The notes under the pieces: model-generated
Database searches by the model: none
Seen by the model: only the letters and a program-made list of their open reading frames with translations
What the model was told of the DNA's origin: nothing
NCBI GenBank assembly: GCA_000004985.1
Contig: GG739484.1
Strand: one strand, 5' to 3'
Source: Naegleria gruberi
Taxonomy: Eukaryota
Length of the DNA stretch: 1,240 nucleotides
Shown here: piece after piece, positions 1-1,240 of the stretch
Layout: every line of letters starts with the position of its first letter
How positions within the stretch are numbered: position 1 is the stretch's first letter
Program-made: the position numbers and the translations under genes

Positions 1-10
1 ACATATTGTT

Positions 11-23
11 TTGTGTCTTTCAG
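11..23 (+). other. Candidate 3' splice acceptor: polypyrimidine run ttgtgtctttcag ending in the nematode-consensus TTTCAG|G
   Basis: Seen in sequence: T-rich tract 11-20 then cag at 21-23. The exon-like open frame starts right after it. Confidence 0.4.
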
Positions 24-109
24 GTGATGAATGTAATCCTTTAAGATTAGCAATTTTTGTCAATGATTATGAAGGTGAAGATTCACAGGTTGCATTGGAG
101 CTTGAATAG
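24..109 (+). CDS. Partial CDS: probable terminal exon of an upstream gene (phase-1 start). It encodes the C-terminal tail ...DECNPLRLAIFVNDYEGEDSQVALELE followed by a stop. Product unknown.
   Basis: The frame with codons at 26-28 stays open for 27 codons to TAG at 107-109. It is preceded by the TTTCAG acceptor. The other two frames stop within 7 codons. There is no start codon, so the gene body lies outside the window. Openness over 27 codons in AT-rich DNA is only modest evidence. Confidence 0.3.
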
Positions 110-261
110 CATCATCCACCAATCCAAATTGTTTTTTTAATTCCTCAATATCAGTTGCACCATCATATGTTCTTCACAAAATGAAACAAGCTGATAGTGA
201 ACACATCAGATTCTGCAAATACTGGAACATTTGATTTTCAACTCTTTGTTATTATTTTGGT

Positions 262-267
262 TTTATT
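262..267 (-). terminator. Polyadenylation signal AATAAA for the minus-strand small ORF, within the context TTGTAAATAAAA
   Basis: Plus-strand tttatt at 262-267 reads aataaa on the minus strand, about 42 nt downstream of the TAG at 309-311. The same 12-mer context occurs downstream of the paralogue. Confidence 0.5.
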
Positions 268-308
268 TACAATGAATGCCTAGGGTTCAAAATGATGAGT
301 TGGGGAGA

Positions 309-524
309 CTACCACTTTTTGAATTTTTTGTTTCTCATTTCCAAAGTGTTATGTGATTGAGATTTGGAAGTTTTGCTTGTTTCACTTCCAATAGAATTCA
401 ATGTTTTGTAATCAATTAAATTTCTTCTTCTTGTTCCACCCACAATATTATCCAATGAAATTTCGGAATTAAATTGTGAAGTGTTATTGGAGGAATTATA
501 CATATTTCTCCTTGTTGAGACCAT
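309..524 (-). CDS. Small intron-less ORF, 71 aa: Ser/Asn-rich N-terminus, central motif DNIVGGTRRRNLIDY, Lys-rich C-terminal tail (KKFKKW). Putative pseudosubstrate-type (PKI-like) kinase-inhibitor-like protein. Function unverified.
   Basis: Complete ATG (522-524) to TAG (309-311) frame, retranslated by hand from the sequence. The start context is agaaATG. AATAAA lies 42 nt past the stop. It has a paralogue on the opposite strand with the same motif. Typical for a compact nematode-like gene. Confidence 0.6.
   Translation of the reverse strand: MVSTRRNMYNSSNNTSQFNSEISLDNIVGGTRRRNLIDYKTLNSIGSETSKTSKSQSHNTLEMRNKKFKKW
408..449 (-). repeat. Left copy of an inverted imperfect repeat: motif-coding segment AATATTGTGGGTGGAACAAGAAGAAGAAATTTAATTGATTAC, about 71% identical to 869-910
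   Basis: Codon-by-codon comparison: GGAACAAGA and ATTGAT are identical in both copies. Differences cluster in the RRR/RHR and L/N codons. Confidence 0.7.
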
Positions 525-533
525 TTTCTTATT

Positions 534-551
534 GTTATTTTCTTTTGTTGG
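534..551 (-). promoter_or_regulatory. Conserved 5'-leader element. Minus-strand reading is CCAACAAAAGAAAATAAC, 10 nt upstream of the ATG at 524.
   Basis: Matches CCACAACAAAACAAAATAAC at 699-718 upstream of the + gene, with 17 of 18 aligned positions identical. This indicates the duplication included the leader. Confidence 0.4.
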
Positions 552-574
552 TTTTCATTAAATTTCTTTCATCA

Positions 575-591
575 AAATATTAATATAAAAA
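575..591 (-). promoter_or_regulatory. TATA-like A/T element (tatattaatat / tataaaaa) about 55-65 nt upstream of the minus-gene ATG
   Basis: Seen in sequence only. Low specificity in AT-rich DNA. Confidence 0.2.
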
Positions 592-609
592 TTCAAACTT
601 CTTGTGATG

Positions 610-624
610 AGTGGAAAATCCACT
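610..624. repeat. Perfect 6-bp-arm palindrome AGTGGA-aaa-TCCACT near the symmetry axis of the gene pair. The half-site AGTGGAA recurs at 644-650.
   Basis: Seen in sequence. A candidate dimeric transcription-factor site, but a palindrome of this size is expected by chance a few times per kb. Confidence 0.25.
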
Positions 625-664
625 AAAAATCGGAATCATAAAATTAGTGGAATCATCATGGAAA

Positions 665-674
665 TAAATAGATA
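665..674 (+). promoter_or_regulatory. TATA-like element AAATAAATAG about 70 nt upstream of the + gene ATG
   Basis: Seen in sequence. The position is appropriate relative to the ATG at 740. Low specificity. Confidence 0.25.
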
Positions 675-698
675 ATTGGTATCGGATGATGATATTTC

Positions 699-718
699 CA
701 CAACAAAACAAAATAACT
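699..718 (+). promoter_or_regulatory. Conserved 5'-leader element CCACAACAAAACAAAATAAC, 22 nt upstream of the ATG at 740
   Basis: Counterpart of 534-551 (see above). Confidence 0.4.
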
Positions 719-739
719 AAATAACAAATACTAATCAAA

Positions 740-1033
740 ATGCCAGCTAGAAATACTTCATCAAATTCTTCATCTTCCGAAGATAGAATTCCAACAAAAA
801 CAGTCTGGTCAAGATCTAAACCAATCGATTTATCTAAAAGATTACCATTATTTGATATTGATACATCTAATATTATTAGTGGAACAAGACATCGTAATAA
901 TATTGATTATCATCATGCAAATTTAAATGGTAAACAAATTTCAGTGAAAAGATCTTCTAAAAATTCAATTGAAAAGAGAGCTAAACAATCAACCACCACT
1001 AATAAGAAGATTACCAAATCGAAAAAGATGTAA
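740..1033 (+). CDS. Small intron-less ORF, 97 aa: Ser-rich N-terminus (NTSSNSSSSED), central motif SNIISGTRHRNNIDY, Lys-rich C-terminal tail (NKKITKSKKM). Paralogue of the 309-524 ORF. Putative pseudosubstrate-type (PKI-like) kinase-inhibitor-like protein. Function unverified.
   Basis: Complete ATG (740) to TAA (1031-1033) frame with start context aatcaaaATG. AATAAA lies 46 nt past the stop. Shares a 14-aa core and overall architecture with the divergent paralogue. Confidence 0.65.
   Translation: MPARNTSSNSSSSEDRIPTKTVWSRSKPIDLSKRLPLFDIDTSNIISGTRHRNNIDYHHANLNGKQISVKRSSKNSIEKRAKQSTTTNKKITKSKKM
869..910 (+). repeat. Right copy of the inverted imperfect repeat (motif-coding segment AATATTATTAGTGGAACAAGACATCGTAATAATATTGATTAT)
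   Basis: About 71% nucleotide identity to the reverse complement of 408-449. Confidence 0.7.
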
Positions 1034-1078
1034 ATTACACTGAAATATTGAATCACTTTTAAATTATCCTAATTTGTA

Positions 1079-1084
1079 AATAAA
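1079..1084 (+). terminator. Polyadenylation signal AATAAA for the + gene, in the context TTGTAAATAAAA (1074-1085)
   Basis: 46 nt after the TAA stop. The identical 12-mer context occurs after the paralogue's stop. Confidence 0.55.
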
Positions 1085-1108
1085 AAAAGAAAATTGAGAT
1101 TTATTTCG

Positions 1109-1114
1109 AATAAA
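1109..1114 (+). terminator. Second, alternative AATAAA hexamer
   Basis: Seen in sequence (cgAATAAAatt). Could be a distal poly(A) site or chance in A/T-rich DNA. Confidence 0.25.
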
Positions 1115-1240
1115 ATTGATATCTTGCACGATTTTCCAGTTCTATCATAAATGCACTCACCCAGCACAAATGACAATATGTATATCATTACAAAAAAACA
1201 ATATATTCGGATAATGACAAGTTGCACATCTCTCTAATCG

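Larger units (their letters stand above)
525..739. promoter_or_regulatory. Shared divergent (bidirectional) promoter / 5' leader region between the head-to-head paralogues
   Basis: 215 bp A/T-rich spacer between two outward-pointing start codons. It contains related leader elements proximal to each ATG and TATA-like runs. There is no ORF. Confidence 0.45.

Noticed and set aside
63-173. 37-codon open frame on the minus strand (…YDGATDIEELKKQFGLVDDAIQAPMQPVNLHLHNH*) partly antisense to the 24-109 exon
   Set aside because: No start codon other than an internal Met. No convincing splice acceptor upstream of it on the minus strand (ttttgtgaag is a poor acceptor). It is bounded by stops at 174-176 and 60-62. 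It was kept only as an alternative to the plus-strand exon call and is most likely a chance open frame.
426-437. Possible APC/C destruction box (RxxL) in RRNLIDY
   Set aside because: The downstream residues do not fit RxxLxxxxN. The paralogue has N instead of L at that position, so the motif is not conserved as a D-box. The PKA-pseudosubstrate reading explains both copies better.
293-611. Repeated 8-mers (tgatgagt at 293-300 and 604-611; ggaatcat at 632-639 and 649-656)
   Set aside because: On the order of ten exact 8-mer coincidences are expected by chance in 1.2 kb of biased-composition DNA, so individually these are not significant. Only the palindrome and AGTGGAA half-site are mentioned, and as low-confidence candidates.
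930-944. GTAAAC…TTTCAG pair inside the + ORF that looks like a donor/acceptor
   Set aside because: The span is about 13 nt, far below any plausible intron size. The in-frame translation (NGKQISVK) continues the paralogue-like sequence, so it is coding.
1133-1235. TTTTCCAG acceptor-like motif followed by ATG-initiated frames (e.g. MHSPSTNDNMYIITKKQYIRIMTSCTSL*)
   Set aside because: The longest frame is about 28 codons, with stops in all frames and no supporting signals. It is possibly an SL trans-splice site or exon of a downstream gene, but this cannot be supported from the window.
1-1240. Prokaryotic-style features (Shine-Dalgarno sites, operon structure, rho-independent terminators, CRISPR repeats, tRNA/rRNA)
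   Set aside because: None found. Start contexts, splice-site-like motifs and AATAAA placement point to a eukaryotic (nematode-like) origin. There are no GC-rich hairpin plus T-run terminators and no regularly spaced direct repeats.

Overview
AT-rich eukaryotic-looking DNA, not prokaryotic. It has a T-rich tract ending in TTTCAG|G (a nematode-style 3' splice site), AAAATG start contexts, and AATAAA hexamers 40-45 nt after stop codons. There are no Shine-Dalgarno sites, rho-independent terminators, CRISPR repeats or RNA genes. Organism assignment from 1.2 kb is inference only. The window holds three parts. (1) At 24-109 (+) a probable 3'-terminal coding exon of an upstream gene, with acceptor at 17-23 and TAG at 107-109. 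(2) A head-to-head (divergent) pair of small intron-less ORFs, 309-524 (-) of 71 aa and 740-1033 (+) of 97 aa. They are paralogues: both are Ser/Asn-rich at the N-terminus and Lys-rich at the C-terminus. Both share the core NI[VI][GS]GTR[RH]RN[LN]IDY, encoded with about 71% nucleotide identity. Their 5' leaders, 3' UTRs and the TTGTAAATAAAA poly(A)-signal context are also related, so the whole gene unit was duplicated in inverted orientation around a ~215-bp shared spacer (525-739). (3) At 1086-1240 an A/T-rich downstream flank with a second AATAAA and an isolated TTTTCCAG, with no supportable ORF. The main hypothesis is that the shared motif (GGTRRRNLIDY / SGTRHRNNIDY) resembles the pseudosubstrate inhibitory segment of cAMP-dependent protein kinase inhibitors. 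Those are the PKI segment GRTGRRNAIHD and the RI-alpha segment RRRGAI, which have Arg-Arg at P-3/P-2, a non-phosphorylatable P0 and a hydrophobic P+1. On that reading these are small pseudosubstrate-type kinase-inhibitor-like proteins. This is an inference from motif resemblance and needs a profile search and biochemistry.
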